From: an uncultured Bacilli bacterium
GTDB taxonomy: Bacteria > Bacillota_I > Bacilli_A > RF39 > UBA660
NCBI GenBank assembly: GCA_934098515.1
Contig: CAKOOK010000002.1
Span: 18,371-82,370, forward strand
Reading direction: 5' to 3'
DNA: 64,000 bases
Both the position numbers and the translations under genes were made by a program. Under the pieces are notes generated by a model. The model was not told the DNA's origin. It saw only the letters and a list, made by a program, of their open reading frames with translations, and did no database searches. Below are positions 51,558 through 62,713 of the stretch, one piece after another. Each line of letters starts with the position of its first letter. The stretch's first letter is position 1.

Positions 51558-54500
51558 ATGGAAATATCTAAAAAATATGCAGATATTTTAAATAATTCAG
51601 ACATATCTGGTTTATCAGATGAATTAAAAATACAATATATAAAATATCAATATGAAAATAATGAAAATGACACAATAGTCTTATGTAATTCTTTATATGA
51701 AGCAACTACAATTTACAACAACTTAAGAACGTATATTGACAACGTTCTTCTTTTTCCAATGGATGATTTTTTAACAACTATGGCCCTTGCTGTATCTCCA
51801 GAACTTAAGGTTAAAAGACTTGAAACTCTAAATGCTCTTCAAAACGAAAGCAAAAAACTTATAATAACCAATCTAATGGGCTATTTAAAATTTGTTCCTA
51901 ATAAATCTGTTCTTCAAAAAATGAACATCATACTTAATAAAAATGACAAAATTAATCGTGAATCATTCGAAGAACTTATTGATAAATATGGATACACCAA
52001 AACTTCAATTGTAACATCAACAGGTGAATACTCATTAAGAGGATTCATTATAGATATTTTTCCATATAACTATGATAACCCAGTAAGAATAGAACTCTTC
52101 GGTAATCAAATAGAAAGCATAAAAATCTTTGATGGCGAAAGTCAAAGAACAATAAATGAAATTGAAACAGCTGAAATCTCCCCATATAAAGAACTAATTA
52201 GTAACAATCATACCTCAATTTTAAATTTATTAAATAACCCAAATTTAATATATTATGATAAAGAATTAATCTTGCAAGGTTATAAAACTCTCGCGGATCA
52301 AATACTTGAATATAAAGAAAATAACGATATAAAAGATAAATTAATGTTTACACTAGAAGAACTAAAACCAACAACCGAAAAAAATCTTTATGCATTCTCA
52401 AAAACAGGTGTTTTAAACATAACCAGTGAGAATATTGAAAATTTTAATGGTAACTACGAACTTCTTATAAATTTTATTAAAAATAAAGAAGACAATCACA
52501 ATATTTATATTTATGCAACAAATAAAATAATATTAGATTTTCTAAAAACCGCCTTATCAAACAGTAACTCACAAAATATCCATATAATAAAAGAAAAATT
52601 AAATAAAGGATTCATAATTAACGATAATATTTTTATTTCTGAAAACGATATTGAAAAAACAAGCCAAACAAAAAATTACCACAACCCCGTAAAAATAGGC
52701 CGCAAAATTAAAGATTTCAGCGATATTAAGCCAGGAGATTACGTTGTACACAGCGTTCATGGGATCGGCATTTATGGTGGTATAATTACTCTAGAAAAAA
52801 AAGGCTTTAAAAAAGATTACATTCTAATAAACTATGCAGAAAATGACAAAGTATATATTCCGGTCGAAAAAATAACCACAATTTATAAATACTCAGATGC
52901 TGAAGGGACCGCACCAAAAATAAACAAACTAAATTCAACATCATGGATAAAAACAAAAAACTCGGTCAAAAAAAGAATCAAAGACATTTCAGCCGAACTT
53001 TTAAAACTATATGCAGAAAGAGCAACATTAAAATCTCCAAAATATAATCACTTTGTTGAAGAAGAAGTATTTGCTAGTGAATTCAAATATACACCGACTA
53101 AAGATCAAATAAAATGTTCAGAAGATATTTTATTTGATCTAAAAAAGTCAATTCCAATGGATCGTTTACTATGCGGAGACGTAGGCTTTGGTAAAACAGA
53201 AGTAGCATTTAGAGCAATTTTTAATACGATCTTGAACGGTTATCAAGTGGCCTACTTATGTCCAACAACAATATTATCAAAACAACAATATGATAGTGCC
53301 CTAGAAAGGTTTAAACAATTTCCAATAAGTATAGCTATTGTCAATCGTTTCACAACAGCAAAAGAATTTAATAAGATATTAGAAGGTTTAAAAGAAGGTA
53401 AAATTGATTTAGTATTTGGCACTCATAAGCTATTTAACGCAAAAATTGAATATAAATCACTTGGCCTACTTGTAATCGACGAAGAACAAAGATTTGGTGT
53501 ATCACAAAAAGAAAAAATTAAAGAAATGAAAAAAAATGTTAACATATTAACACTATCTGCAACGCCAATTCCAAGAACACTAAAAATGGCAATGTCCGGA
53601 TTAAAAGACTTATCAGTACTAGATACGGCACCTTCCGACAGATATCCAGTTCAAACCTATGTCGTCGAAAAAAACGATATGTTAACTAAAGAGTCCATAT
53701 ATAAAGAACTATCTCGTAACGGCCAAATATTTTACTTATACAATAATGTTAAAGGTATCGAAAATGAAGCAACCCATATATCAAAACTAGTGCCAGAAGC
53801 ACGGGTTTGCTATGCACATGGTCAAATGTCAAAAACAGAACTAGAAAAAATAATTGAAGACTTTGTTGAATATCAATATGATATTCTCGTATGTACAACT
53901 ATAATTGAAACCGGCATAGACATACCAAACGTAAACACATTAATAATATCAGACGCTCAAAACTATGGGCTAAGTCAGTTATACCAGTTAAGAGGACGTG
54001 TTGGTAGAAGTAATAAAATAGCTTATGCCTATCTAACATATACTCCAGGAAAAACCCTAACAGACACTGCAGTTAAGAGACTTAAAGCAATAAAAGAATT
54101 CACGGAATTAGGTAGTGGATATAAAATAGCAATGAGAGACCTTGCAATAAGAGGAGCAGGTGATTTACTAGGTGGCGAGCAAGCTGGCTTCATCGATAGT
54201 GTCGGTATAGACCTATACACAAAACTTTTAGAAGAAGCTATTAACGAGTTAAAAGGAATCAAAACAGAAGATGAAGAAGATGATAGATCATCACTACTTG
54301 ATGTAGATACACATATAAAAACTGATTATGTAAACGAGGAAAGCGTTAGAATCGAAATACATAAATTAATAAACACAATAGATAATAAAGAAACTCTCGA
54401 AAAAGTAAAATCAGAACTTGAAGATCGATTTGGTAAAATAGATGAAGACATGCTTATATATATGTATGAAGAGTGGTTTGAAAAACTAGCGAATAAACTA

Positions 54501-54737
54501 GAAATAAATCACGTAATTCAAACAAAAAATCAGATAGAGATTCAAATTCCAGAAAAATATTCAAACAAAATTAACGGCGAAAAACTATTCTTAAAAATGT
54601 ATAACATTAATCCTAAATTTAAAATAAGATACCAATTTAAAAAAATTATCATATCACTACCGATAATCAATCAACCTAAGCATTATATTTATTACATTAC
54701 TGAACTTTTACAAGAAATTATAAACGATATAGAATAA
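51558..54737 (+). CDS. mfd: Transcription-repair coupling factor
   Basis: 1059 aa. GDVGFGKTEVA, DEEQRFGV, QLRGRVGRS. TRG and D7 regions. Confidence 0.9.
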   Translation: MEISKKYADILNNSDISGLSDELKIQYIKYQYENNENDTIVLCNSLYEATTIYNNLRTYIDNVLLFPMDDFLTTMALAVSPELKVKRLETLNALQNESKKLIITNLMGYLKFVPNKSVLQKMNIILNKNDKINRESFEELIDKYGYTKTSIVTSTGEYSLRGFIIDIFPYNYDNPVRIELFGNQIESIKIFDGESQRTINEIETAEISPYKELISNNHTSILNLLNNPNLIYYDKELILQGYKTLADQILEYKENNDIKDKLMFTLEELKPTTEKNLYAFSKTGVLNITSENIENFNGNYELLINFIKNKEDNHNIYIYATNKIILDFLKTALSNSNSQNIHIIKEKLNKGFIINDNIFISENDIEKTSQTKNYHNPVKIGRKIKDFSDIKPGDYVVHSVHGIGIYGGIITLEKKGFKKDYILINYAENDKVYIPVEKITTIYKYSDAEGTAPKINKLNSTSWIKTKNSVKKRIKDISAELLKLYAERATLKSPKYNHFVEEEVFASEFKYTPTKDQIKCSEDILFDLKKSIPMDRLLCGDVGFGKTEVAFRAIFNTILNGYQVAYLCPTTILSKQQYDSALERFKQFPISIAIVNRFTTAKEFNKILEGLKEGKIDLVFGTHKLFNAKIEYKSLGLLVIDEEQRFGVSQKEKIKEMKKNVNILTLSATPIPRTLKMAMSGLKDLSVLDTAPSDRYPVQTYVVEKNDMLTKESIYKELSRNGQIFYLYNNVKGIENEATHISKLVPEARVCYAHGQMSKTELEKIIEDFVEYQYDILVCTTIIETGIDIPNVNTLIISDAQNYGLSQLYQLRGRVGRSNKIAYAYLTYTPGKTLTDTAVKRLKAIKEFTELGSGYKIAMRDLAIRGAGDLLGGEQAGFIDSVGIDLYTKLLEEAINELKGIKTEDEEDDRSSLLDVDTHIKTDYVNEESVRIEIHKLINTIDNKETLEKVKSELEDRFGKIDEDMLIYMYEEWFEKLANKLEINHVIQTKNQIEIQIPEKYSNKINGEKLFLKMYNINPKFKIRYQFKKIIISLPIINQPKHYIYYITELLQEIINDIE

Positions 54738-54773
54738 AAAAAAATAAATGTATCAAAATAAAATAGTGATAAT

Positions 54774-55193
54774 ATGAACGGAATTACTTTTATAAGAAAA
54801 ATAGATGATCTAGGAAGAATAGTTATTCCTAAAGAACTACGTGGAAAACTAAAACTATCTGAAAATGAAAACATCCTTCTAAAACTAACTGATAACAAAA
54901 TAGAAATTCAAAAATATTCGTACATTAACAACTATCAATTATTGATAAATGGAATAATAAATGTATTCTATGAAATATACAAACTTCCAATTAGATTGTG
55001 TGATAATGATAAAATAATTATAGAAGCAGGGCCCACTAATGAAACCATGGAAATAATTAGTGAAAACATCCATTTTAACTCTACAATAATTGGTACATTA
55101 ACAATATATTCAGCCCCCGAAAATCATCAAGATGCGAAAAAACTCTGTAAATTATTATCAAAAATTATTGAAACTTCCATAACAAGCAGTTGA
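54774..55193 (+). CDS. AbrB/SpoVT-family regulator (SpoVT-like, short)
   Basis: N-term ..IDDLGRIVIPKELR.. swapped-hairpin domain. Follows mfd as spoVT does in Bacillus. Confidence 0.6.
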   Translation: MNGITFIRKIDDLGRIVIPKELRGKLKLSENENILLKLTDNKIEIQKYSYINNYQLLINGIINVFYEIYKLPIRLCDNDKIIIEAGPTNETMEIISENIHFNSTIIGTLTIYSAPENHQDAKKLCKLLSKIIETSITSS

Positions 55194-55214
55194 TTTTCTT
55201 CAAATATTATGTTA

Positions 55215-55430
55215 GATTAACATTATTAAACAAAGAAGGAAAGAGTAATAATTAAAAACTAACAGAGAATTCTTGGTTGGTGAAAAAGAATTAGATTTTT
55301 AATTATGAACATGGCTCCAGAGTTTAAACGTTAATCGCGTTAAAGATATAAGAGCATGATAAAATCATGAATTAAGGTGGTACCGCGGAAAACTTCGTCC
55401 TTAATTTGTGATTTTTTATTTGTTTAAAAA
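55215..55430 (+). promoter_or_regulatory. T-box riboswitch leader of metG (probable Met specifier)
   Basis: Conserved T-box AATTAAGGTGGTACCGCGG at 55370-55388. Downstream hairpin + T-tract. AUG in a candidate specifier loop (..UUAUGAAC..). Confidence 0.75.
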
Positions 55431-55448
55431 AAGAAAAGAGGAAGAAAA

Positions 55449-56990
55449 ATGGAAAAATATTATATTTCAACAGCAATTGCCTACACATCTGCAAAGCCAC
55501 ATTTAGGAAATACTTATGAAATCGTTTTAGCAGATGCTATTGCCCGTTTCAAAAGACTACAAGGCTATGACGTATATTTTCAGACTGGCACAGACGAACA
55601 TGGTGAAAAAATTGAAGGAAAAGCTTTAGAAGCAAACGAGACACCACAAGAATATGTAGACAACATTGCCGCTCAAATAAAAGACATTTGGGATGTAGTA
55701 AACACAAGCTATGACAAATTTGTAAGAACAACAAATAAAGAGCATGAAGAAATTGTTCAAAAAATATTCAAAAAATTTTATGATAATGGAGACATTTACA
55801 AAGGAGAATACAAAGGACTTTACTGCACACCATGTGAATCATTCTGGACATCTTCACAACTAGTTGATGGCAAGTGCCCAGATTGTGGTAGAGAGGTATA
55901 CGAGAAAAACGAAGAAGCTTACTTCTTTAAAATGAGTAAATACTCAAAATGGCTTGAAGATTATATAAATGAGCACCCAGATTTTATTATGCCAGAAGCA
56001 AGAAAAAATGAAATCATTAATAACTTTATTAAGCCAGGACTTCAAGACCTATGTGTATCAAGGACAAGCTTTAAATGGGGAATTCCAGTAACATTTGATG
56101 AGAATCACGTTATCTACGTATGGATCGATGCTTTATCTAATTACATAACATTCCTAGGATATAATCCAGACGGAGAATCAAGTGAGAACTTCAAAAAATA
56201 CTGGCCTGCAAATGTGCATTTAATAGGAAAAGATATTTTAAGATTTCACACAATTTACTGGCCAATTATGCTTCACTGTCTAGGATTAGAAATGCCAAAA
56301 CATATCTTCGGACACCCATGGCTACTATTTGCATCAGACAAAATGAGTAAAAGTAAAGGCAATATCGTATATGCCGACGATTTAGTAGAAAAATATGGAG
56401 TAGATGCTGTAAGATACTATTTACTTCACGAAATACCTTTTGCAAGTGATGGTAACTTCACAATCGAACTACTAGAAAATTCAATAAATAGTGACTTAGC
56501 AAACGTTCTAGGGAACCTCGTTAACCGAACAATTGGCATGATCAACAAATACTTTGACGGAGAAGTTGAAAACACACATATCACGGAAGATATAGATGAC
56601 GACTTAAAAAGTACAATCGCAAACAGCATTACAGCTATCACCAATAAAATGGACGAATTCAAAATAGCGGACGCATTAGATGAACTATTTAATATTTTTA
56701 GAAGATGCAATAAATATATTGACGAAACAACTCCTTGGATTTTAGCAAAAGATCCTGAAAAACAGGCAAGATTAAAGACTGTTCTATACAATCTAATCGA
56801 AAGCATTAGAATAGGTGCTGTACTATTACAAGCATTTTTACCAGAAACAGCAGCATCAATTTTCAAACAAATTAATACAGACAAAACTACAATTGACTCA
56901 ATCAAAACATTTGGAAAGTACGATAGTAAAAAAGTTGGTACACCAGTAGTATTATTTCAAAGGATTGAAAATGATAAAACTAACAGATAG
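55449..56990 (+). CDS. metG: Methionyl-tRNA synthetase (short form)
   Basis: HLGN (HIGH-class), KMSKS, zinc knuckle CTPCESF..CPDCG. Confidence 0.9.
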   Translation: MEKYYISTAIAYTSAKPHLGNTYEIVLADAIARFKRLQGYDVYFQTGTDEHGEKIEGKALEANETPQEYVDNIAAQIKDIWDVVNTSYDKFVRTTNKEHEEIVQKIFKKFYDNGDIYKGEYKGLYCTPCESFWTSSQLVDGKCPDCGREVYEKNEEAYFFKMSKYSKWLEDYINEHPDFIMPEARKNEIINNFIKPGLQDLCVSRTSFKWGIPVTFDENHVIYVWIDALSNYITFLGYNPDGESSENFKKYWPANVHLIGKDILRFHTIYWPIMLHCLGLEMPKHIFGHPWLLFASDKMSKSKGNIVYADDLVEKYGVDAVRYYLLHEIPFASDGNFTIELLENSINSDLANVLGNLVNRTIGMINKYFDGEVENTHITEDIDDDLKSTIANSITAITNKMDEFKIADALDELFNIFRRCNKYIDETTPWILAKDPEKQARLKTVLYNLIESIRIGAVLLQAFLPETAASIFKQINTDKTTIDSIKTFGKYDSKKVGTPVVLFQRIENDKTNR

Positions 56991-57732
56991 TCACACTCAT
57001 ATTCTCCCAACAGATGTTCCAAACTATCAAGAAATACTTGAAAACTTAAAACAAGATAATATTAAAAGAATCATTATAAATGGATATAACGACAAAACAA
57101 ATAAAGAAGTTCTAGAACTAGTAAGTAAATATGAAAATGTTTATGGAGCCCTTGGCTTTCATCCAGATAACATCAATGAACTAACTGAAGATTCTCTAGC
57201 GTTTATCGAAGAAAATCTAAATAATCCTAAAATAATTGCCGTTGGTGAAATAGGACTTGACTACTATCATAATAAAGAAAACAAAGAAGACCAAATAAAA
57301 CTGCTAGAAAAGTTTCTAGAATTATCAACTAAAACAAACAAACCAGTAATTATCCATAATAGAGAAGCAACGGGTGATTTAATTACAACCTTAAAAAAAT
57401 ATAAAACAAAAGGAATAATTCACTGCTTTAATGGAAGCAAAGAAACCGCAAACATCTTTCTAAAACTTGGATATAAACTTGGTATAGGTGGTGTAATAAC
57501 CTTTAAAAATTGCAAATTAAAAGAAGAAATAAAAGGCTTTTCTCCAGATAGTTTTCTACTAGAAACTGACGCCCCATACCTAACTCCAGAGCCTTATAGA
57601 GGAAAGCCAAACGAACCAAAATATATGATTTACACCTTAAGAGCACTATCTAGCGCTTTAAACATAAATGAAGAAGAACTATCTAACATCTTAGAAAACA
57701 ATTTTCAAGAGCTTTTTGACATTAAAGAATAA
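56965..57732 (+). CDS. tatD: TatD-family metal-dependent DNase (YabD)
   Basis: HTHI.., GEIGLDY, HCF motifs. Confidence 0.8.
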   Translation: MKMIKLTDSHTHILPTDVPNYQEILENLKQDNIKRIIINGYNDKTNKEVLELVSKYENVYGALGFHPDNINELTEDSLAFIEENLNNPKIIAVGEIGLDYYHNKENKEDQIKLLEKFLELSTKTNKPVIIHNREATGDLITTLKKYKTKGIIHCFNGSKETANIFLKLGYKLGIGGVITFKNCKLKEEIKGFSPDSFLLETDAPYLTPEPYRGKPNEPKYMIYTLRALSSALNINEEELSNILENNFQELFDIKE

Positions 57733-57764
57733 TTATGCTAAAATCAAAAATAGGTGAAGCCTAG

Positions 57765-58292
57765 ATGAAAATAAGAAACATTTTTAAAACAGCGAAAATT
57801 CTAATAATCCTAGTTGTAATAGCAGTCTGTGGTCAAACAGGGATCATAGAGCAAGAAGTAAAAACCAGAAACAACAATTTAAATAAAACCCTTGATTTAA
57901 CTGCGATGGCCTTAAAAATAGACGAAATTAATCATAATGATTTATATTATCCACTAGACACTTACAATGGAGTACTAACTGGGTATGCAGCAAATTGTCC
58001 TCTATGTGGTGGAACCCTTGGATGTACGGGTCAAAATGTTCTAGATGGAACAACAACATACCAAGATAAAGATTATGGTAATGTAAAAATAGTAGCTTCA
58101 TCAAAAAGTCTTCCATGTGGATCTATAGTAAATTTTAGTTTAAATAATGAAAATATAACAGCAATAGTTCTAGATAGAGGCGTAACCGGAACAGCTCTAG
58201 ATTTACTAGTTGAAAGCGAAGCCTATGCATTATCAAATGTAGGTAGAAAAAACATATCATATCAAATTTTAAGATTTGGTTATAACAGGTAG
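57765..58292 (+). CDS. 3D-domain protein (short YabE-like)
   Basis: Signal/TM N-term. C-terminal 3D-like domain (..VASSKSLPCGS.., ..AIVLDRG..). Confidence 0.45.
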   Translation: MKIRNIFKTAKILIILVVIAVCGQTGIIEQEVKTRNNNLNKTLDLTAMALKIDEINHNDLYYPLDTYNGVLTGYAANCPLCGGTLGCTGQNVLDGTTTYQDKDYGNVKIVASSKSLPCGSIVNFSLNNENITAIVLDRGVTGTALDLLVESEAYALSNVGRKNISYQILRFGYNR

Positions 58293-58337
58293 TTTGAAAC
58301 TATCTGTTTTTATGTTATCATATACCTGTGATGAACT

Positions 58338-59114
58338 ATGGAAAAAATTAATTACAAAAAAAAATATGGTCAAAACTTTCTATATGATGAAAACATTCTT
58401 GAAAAAATAATTAAAAACACAAGCATTAATGAAGATGACCTCATAATCGAAATAGGGCCAGGAAGTGGCAATCTCACAAAAAAACTGCAAACATTTAATG
58501 CACAAATAATCGCTTTTGAGATTGATGAAACTCTTTCAAAGCAACTGGACCTTATTAAAAATGATAAAACAAAAATTATTTTCAAAGATTTCCTGGAAGT
58601 GGATTTAACAGAAGAGTTAAAAAATATCAAATATAAAAATATTTATATCATTGCAAACATCCCATATTACATAACAACTCCAATAATAACCAAAATTATA
58701 AATAGTAAAATAAATCCACGTGAAATTATTTTAATGGTTCAAGAAGAAGTGGCCGACAGACTTTCAGCAAAGCCAAATAGCAAAGAATATGGATACATAA
58801 CCGTATATATCCAAAGTTTTTATAACGTCTCTAAATTATTTAAAGTTGGTAGAAATTGTTTTTTTCCTGTACCTAACGTTGATAGTGCAATAATCAAATT
58901 AACTCCAACAACTAAAGAAATAAATAACTTAGATAAATACAACAAATTAATCGAAGACGCTTTCAAATTTAAAAGAAAAACTCTTAAAAACAACTTAAAA
59001 AATTATGATTATGAACAAATAAATACTATCCTTGAATCTCACGGCTTTTCTATGCAAAATAGAGCAGAGCAAATTCCAATAGACATTTTTATCGAAATTT
59101 CTAATCAAATTTAG
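58338..59114 (+). CDS. rsmA: 16S rRNA (adenine1518/1519-N6)-dimethyltransferase RsmA/KsgA
   Basis: KKYGQNFL, EIGPGSGNLT, NIPY. Confidence 0.85.
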   Translation: MEKINYKKKYGQNFLYDENILEKIIKNTSINEDDLIIEIGPGSGNLTKKLQTFNAQIIAFEIDETLSKQLDLIKNDKTKIIFKDFLEVDLTEELKNIKYKNIYIIANIPYYITTPIITKIINSKINPREIILMVQEEVADRLSAKPNSKEYGYITVYIQSFYNVSKLFKVGRNCFFPVPNVDSAIIKLTPTTKEINNLDKYNKLIEDAFKFKRKTLKNNLKNYDYEQINTILESHGFSMQNRAEQIPIDIFIEISNQI

Positions 59115-59148
59115 AAATTTTTTTTAATTTAAGCATATACTTTTTTAG

Positions 59149-59931
59149 GTGAATCATATGAATTTTCAAAAAGGAGACTTTGTAACCCGAAAAAGTTATA
59201 ATAATGATACAATATTTAAAATACTAAATATTAAAGAAAATATATGCTACTTAAAAGGAATAGACGTCAGACTATATGCAGATGCCGAAAAAACTGATTT
59301 AGTTTTAGTAAATAAAAAAAGTGAAGATAAATTTGGCGAAAACATTGAAGACTTCAAAGCTCTAGATCGCAGCAATTACTTTTACATGCCACCCAAAATA
59401 ATGCAAATAGATGGAGACAAAGACTATCTCACACGTTGTTTAAACTTTTATAAGAAATATAATTTACAAGCAATAGGTAAAGTATTACAAGAAGAAGAAC
59501 TACCATTAAAAATAGAAGAATTATTAAAAGAATACACACCAGACATAATAATCATAACCGGCCATGACGCATACTATTCAAAAAAAGGAAACAAAAACGA
59601 TATAAATAACTATCGTAACTCCAAATATTTTTGTGAGGCGGTTAAAAAAGCAAGAAAATACGAAAAAGATAACAATAAACTAATCATAATAGCTGGTGCT
59701 TGTCAAAGTGATTATGAAGAACTTTTAAAATGTGGGGCAAATTTTGCATCAAGTCCAAAAAGAATAAATATTCATGCGCTAGACCCAGCAATAATTGCAA
59801 CATCAATAGCTCTAACCGAAAAAGGAGAAGTAATAGATTTACTATCAGTACTAAATAAAACAAAATATGGAGCAGACGGCATAGGGGGAATTAAATGTAA
59901 TGGCTTAATGTTCGTGGGGTATCCAAGATGA
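59149..59931 (+). CDS. yabG: Sporulation-specific protease YabG
   Basis: N-term ..GDFVTRKSYNNDT.F.I.. and ..IITGHDAY.. match the YabG family. Confidence 0.7.
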   Translation: MNHMNFQKGDFVTRKSYNNDTIFKILNIKENICYLKGIDVRLYADAEKTDLVLVNKKSEDKFGENIEDFKALDRSNYFYMPPKIMQIDGDKDYLTRCLNFYKKYNLQAIGKVLQEEELPLKIEELLKEYTPDIIIITGHDAYYSKKGNKNDINNYRNSKYFCEAVKKARKYEKDNNKLIIIAGACQSDYEELLKCGANFASSPKRINIHALDPAIIATSIALTEKGEVIDLLSVLNKTKYGADGIGGIKCNGLMFVGYPR

Positions 59932-60137
59932 TAGAATCAATTAAAAATCAAATCCTAAACCATTTAAACAAAGAAGTAAAAGTCGTATCCAAAGAAAACC
60001 GAAATAAAACTGATATCTTTTATGGCAATATTACAGAAATATACTCACATGTATTTATAGTCGATAATGGCATTGAAAAAAGAAGTTACTCATATTCAGA
60101 CATTTTAAGCAACGACATTTTTATGACTTTTTTATAA
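59928..60137 (+). CDS. veg: Veg protein
   Basis: 69 aa. ..RSYSYSDIL.. matches the Veg signature (..RVSYSYADIL..). Confidence 0.7.
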   Translation: MIESIKNQILNHLNKEVKVVSKENRNKTDIFYGNITEIYSHVFIVDNGIEKRSYSYSDILSNDIFMTFL

Positions 60138-60208
60138 AAAACATTGCAATTTAAAATATAATGGGTTAAAATTAAATTAGGTTAAAGATCTTAGAAGGAG
60201 TGAATGTT

Positions 60209-60466
60209 ATGCAAATTACATCTGTAACTGTACGTAAAATTGAAAAAGAGGGTTCAAGAATGAAAGGTATAGCTTCTGTATTATTAGATGATGCATTCGC
60301 TGTACATGACATTAGAATCATTGAAGGTGACAACGGATTATTTATTGCTATGCCTAGTAGAAAAACTGCTACAGGCGGATACAGAGATATAGCACATCCA
60401 ATCAACCCAGACGTACGCAAACAATTTGAAGATGCTATTATTGACGAATACAATAAGGCTGAATAA
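60209..60466 (+). CDS. spoVG: Septation protein SpoVG (start at ATG MQITSV; SD GAAGGAG 8 nt upstream)
   Basis: ..[44 protein letters not shown].. is near-identical to the SpoVG core. Confidence 0.85.
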   Translation: MQITSVTVRKIEKEGSRMKGIASVLLDDAFAVHDIRIIEGDNGLFIAMPSRKTATGGYRDIAHPINPDVRKQFEDAIIDEYNKAE

Positions 60467-60522
60467 TGCTAAGAAATTAGCATTTTTTTTATTTAAAATA
60501 ATATACTTAAGCAGGAGGCAAT

Positions 60523-60804
60523 ATGGATAAAATAATAGACGTACCTGCATTAAACCACATAATTAAACTTACAGATCGCAAAAACATTATTATAAGTGGT
60601 ATAAAAAAAATAAACAGCTTTGATGAAAAAGAATTTGACCTAGACAGTATAATGGGAAATATTATAATTAAAGGCTCAAATTTAGAAATGATAAAACTAG
60701 ATACAATTGAAGGAAACGTATCAATAAAAGGTCAGATTAACAGCTTCACTTACAGTGATACAAATGATAAAGAATCTTCTATTTTAGCCAAACTATTTAA
60801 ATGA
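60523..60804 (+). CDS. yabP: Sporulation protein YabP
   Basis: 93 aa. Conserved yabP-yabQ-divIC arrangement. YabP-like beta-rich sequence. Confidence 0.55.
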   Translation: MDKIIDVPALNHIIKLTDRKNIIISGIKKINSFDEKEFDLDSIMGNIIIKGSNLEMIKLDTIEGNVSIKGQINSFTYSDTNDKESSILAKLFK

Positions 60805-61046
60805 AACAACTAATACCAATCATATACACAATAATCTATTCATTAGTATTCAGCTTAATATTACATAGTATCAAAAAACATAAACCACTTTTCTCTAGCA
60901 TAACATTAATACTCTCAACAACATATATAATCCTTTTATATCATATTAATAATGGTAATTTTCCACTTTTACTTCAATTAATCTTCTTAATAAACATAAT
61001 TCTTTGTCCAAATTATGTAAAATTTATAAAAAAACATAAAAAATAA
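60801..61046 (+). CDS. YabQ-like small membrane protein
   Basis: 81 aa, 3 TM. Start overlaps the yabP stop. Confidence 0.4.
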   Translation: MKQLIPIIYTIIYSLVFSLILHSIKKHKPLFSSITLILSTTYIILLYHINNGNFPLLLQLIFLINIILCPNYVKFIKKHKK

Positions 61047-61102
61047 ACTTCTAATAATTCAAAAAAATCAAAATAATGCTAAAATAAAAATAGGAGACTA
61101 AG

Positions 61103-61387
61103 ATGGCAAAGAAAAAGACAAAAAGAAGATTACTAGTTTATTCATTATTTATCTTGGCGGCTATATCATATATTGCTGTTTTTGGCATTGATCAATGGGG
61201 CAAAATATTAAACAACCGTAAAGAAACAAAAGAATTAGAACAAAAATATAAGTCTCTATTAGAAAAAGAAGAAGAACTAAATTCTGAAGTTACTAAACTT
61301 CAAGATGACGAATACGTAGCTAAATATGCTAGAGAAAAATATATGTACTCTAAAGATGGAGAATATATTATAAAAATAGCGGACTAA
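61103..61387 (+). CDS. divIC: Septum formation initiator DivIC/FtsB
   Basis: 94 aa. N-terminal TM, coiled coil. C-terminal ..EKYAREKYMY.. DivIC/FtsL signature. Confidence 0.6.
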   Translation: MAKKKTKRRLLVYSLFILAAISYIAVFGIDQWGKILNNRKETKELEQKYKSLLEKEEELNSEVTKLQDDEYVAKYAREKYMYSKDGEYIIKIAD

Positions 61388-61427
61388 TTGACTAATCTTA
61401 AATAATTTGCTATGATTATATTCATTC

Positions 61428-61779
61428 GGGGTCGTATGGTTTCGACAGAATATATATTTATATATTTGCAAGTGGTATGCTATGCCTAAAATAGCAACAC
61501 AGTTAAAATAACTGACAAAACTAATTATAATACTGCTTTAGCATTTGCCTAGTTGCAATTAAAGCGCTACCTATCAATCTTATTTCTGCGGAGACAATAG
61601 GTGGTTCATATTAGCAGAATATACTTTAGTATTTCTTCAATACTAGAAAGAATCCCTAGAAGATATTCAATATAACTTTGTTAGTTTGCAGATATTGAAA
61701 AATTAATAAACTGACTAAACTTGTAGAAGGTATATAAATAGTATTTTGGACAGTGGTTCAAATCCGCTCGGCTCCACCA
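61428..61779 (+). ncRNA. ssrA: tmRNA (ssrA); candidate tag reading frame ..(A)DKTNYNTALAFA*
   Basis: 5' GGGGTCGTATGGTTTCGACAG (tRNA-like acceptor/D region). 3' GGACAGTGGTTCAAATCCGCTCGGCTCCACCA (T-arm + CCA). Internal ORF ending GCT TTA GCA TTT GCC TAG. Confidence 0.85.
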
Positions 61780-61869
61780 AATAGAAATATTCAACCATTA
61801 TGGTTGTTTTTTTAAATAAAATATTGAAAATTGCTAATAAAAAAGATAAAATACTAATAGGAGGTAAAT

Positions 61870-62703
61870 ATGAGTAGAACATTAAGAAGCTGGATTATCG
61901 CAATTGTTATTATAATAATTCTATTAATTCCAATTTATGTTGACTACTACAAAAATAGCCGTATAGGAACTATTAAAAGTTACAACAGTTATACAGAACT
62001 AGTAAATAAAAATAGTTTTGCAGTTATTTATGTAGGAAAAGATGTTGATACAAAGGTTGATACTTTAAAGAATCTTAAAAAAGAATTCAATACTAGTGAA
62101 ACTTCTGCTGATTTTAAAACAATTAATGTAGAAAATATTAGTGATGCTGATAAAGAATCATTTAAAAAAGAAAACATTGACTTAACAAAGACAGCATGGG
62201 TTTTCCTAAATGAAAAAGAAGTAGTATACACATCTTCAGAAGATTTAAACGAAAAACAACTAGAAACTCAAATTAACAAATACTTAAACAATATAATCCC
62301 TGAAGAAGAAGTAGCATATAAAACAGTATCAACATATGACGAATACATGAAAGTAATTAAAAGTAAAAAAGTTATAATGACAGTCTTTGGTAGAAATTCA
62401 TGTTATTGGTGTAATAAATTTAAACCAATTTACAATGAAGTTGCAAAAGAACAAGGCGCAGATATTTACTACATAGATTCTGATTCATTTGATAAAGATG
62501 AATATAACAAGATTCTAAACTCAGGATTAAATATCCCAGCTAAGTGTACAGAAAGCAAAGAAAAAGACTTACCACTTTCATCAGGCTTCGGGACACCACT
62601 TACAATCTTTACTAAAAAAGGTAAAGAAGTTGATTGTATTGGTGGATACGTTAATAAGGCAAGCCTTGAAAGTAAATTAAAAACAGTTGGAATGATTAAG
62701 TAA
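61870..62703 (+). CDS. Membrane-anchored tandem thioredoxin-fold protein (CYWC active site in second domain)
   Basis: N-terminal TM. ..GRNSCYWCNKFKP.. CxxC motif. Confidence 0.5.
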   Translation: MSRTLRSWIIAIVIIIILLIPIYVDYYKNSRIGTIKSYNSYTELVNKNSFAVIYVGKDVDTKVDTLKNLKKEFNTSETSADFKTINVENISDADKESFKKENIDLTKTAWVFLNEKEVVYTSSEDLNEKQLETQINKYLNNIIPEEEVAYKTVSTYDEYMKVIKSKKVIMTVFGRNSCYWCNKFKPIYNEVAKEQGADIYYIDSDSFDKDEYNKILNSGLNIPAKCTESKEKDLPLSSGFGTPLTIFTKKGKEVDCIGGYVNKASLESKLKTVGMIK

Positions 62704-62713
62704 GGAGAAAAAT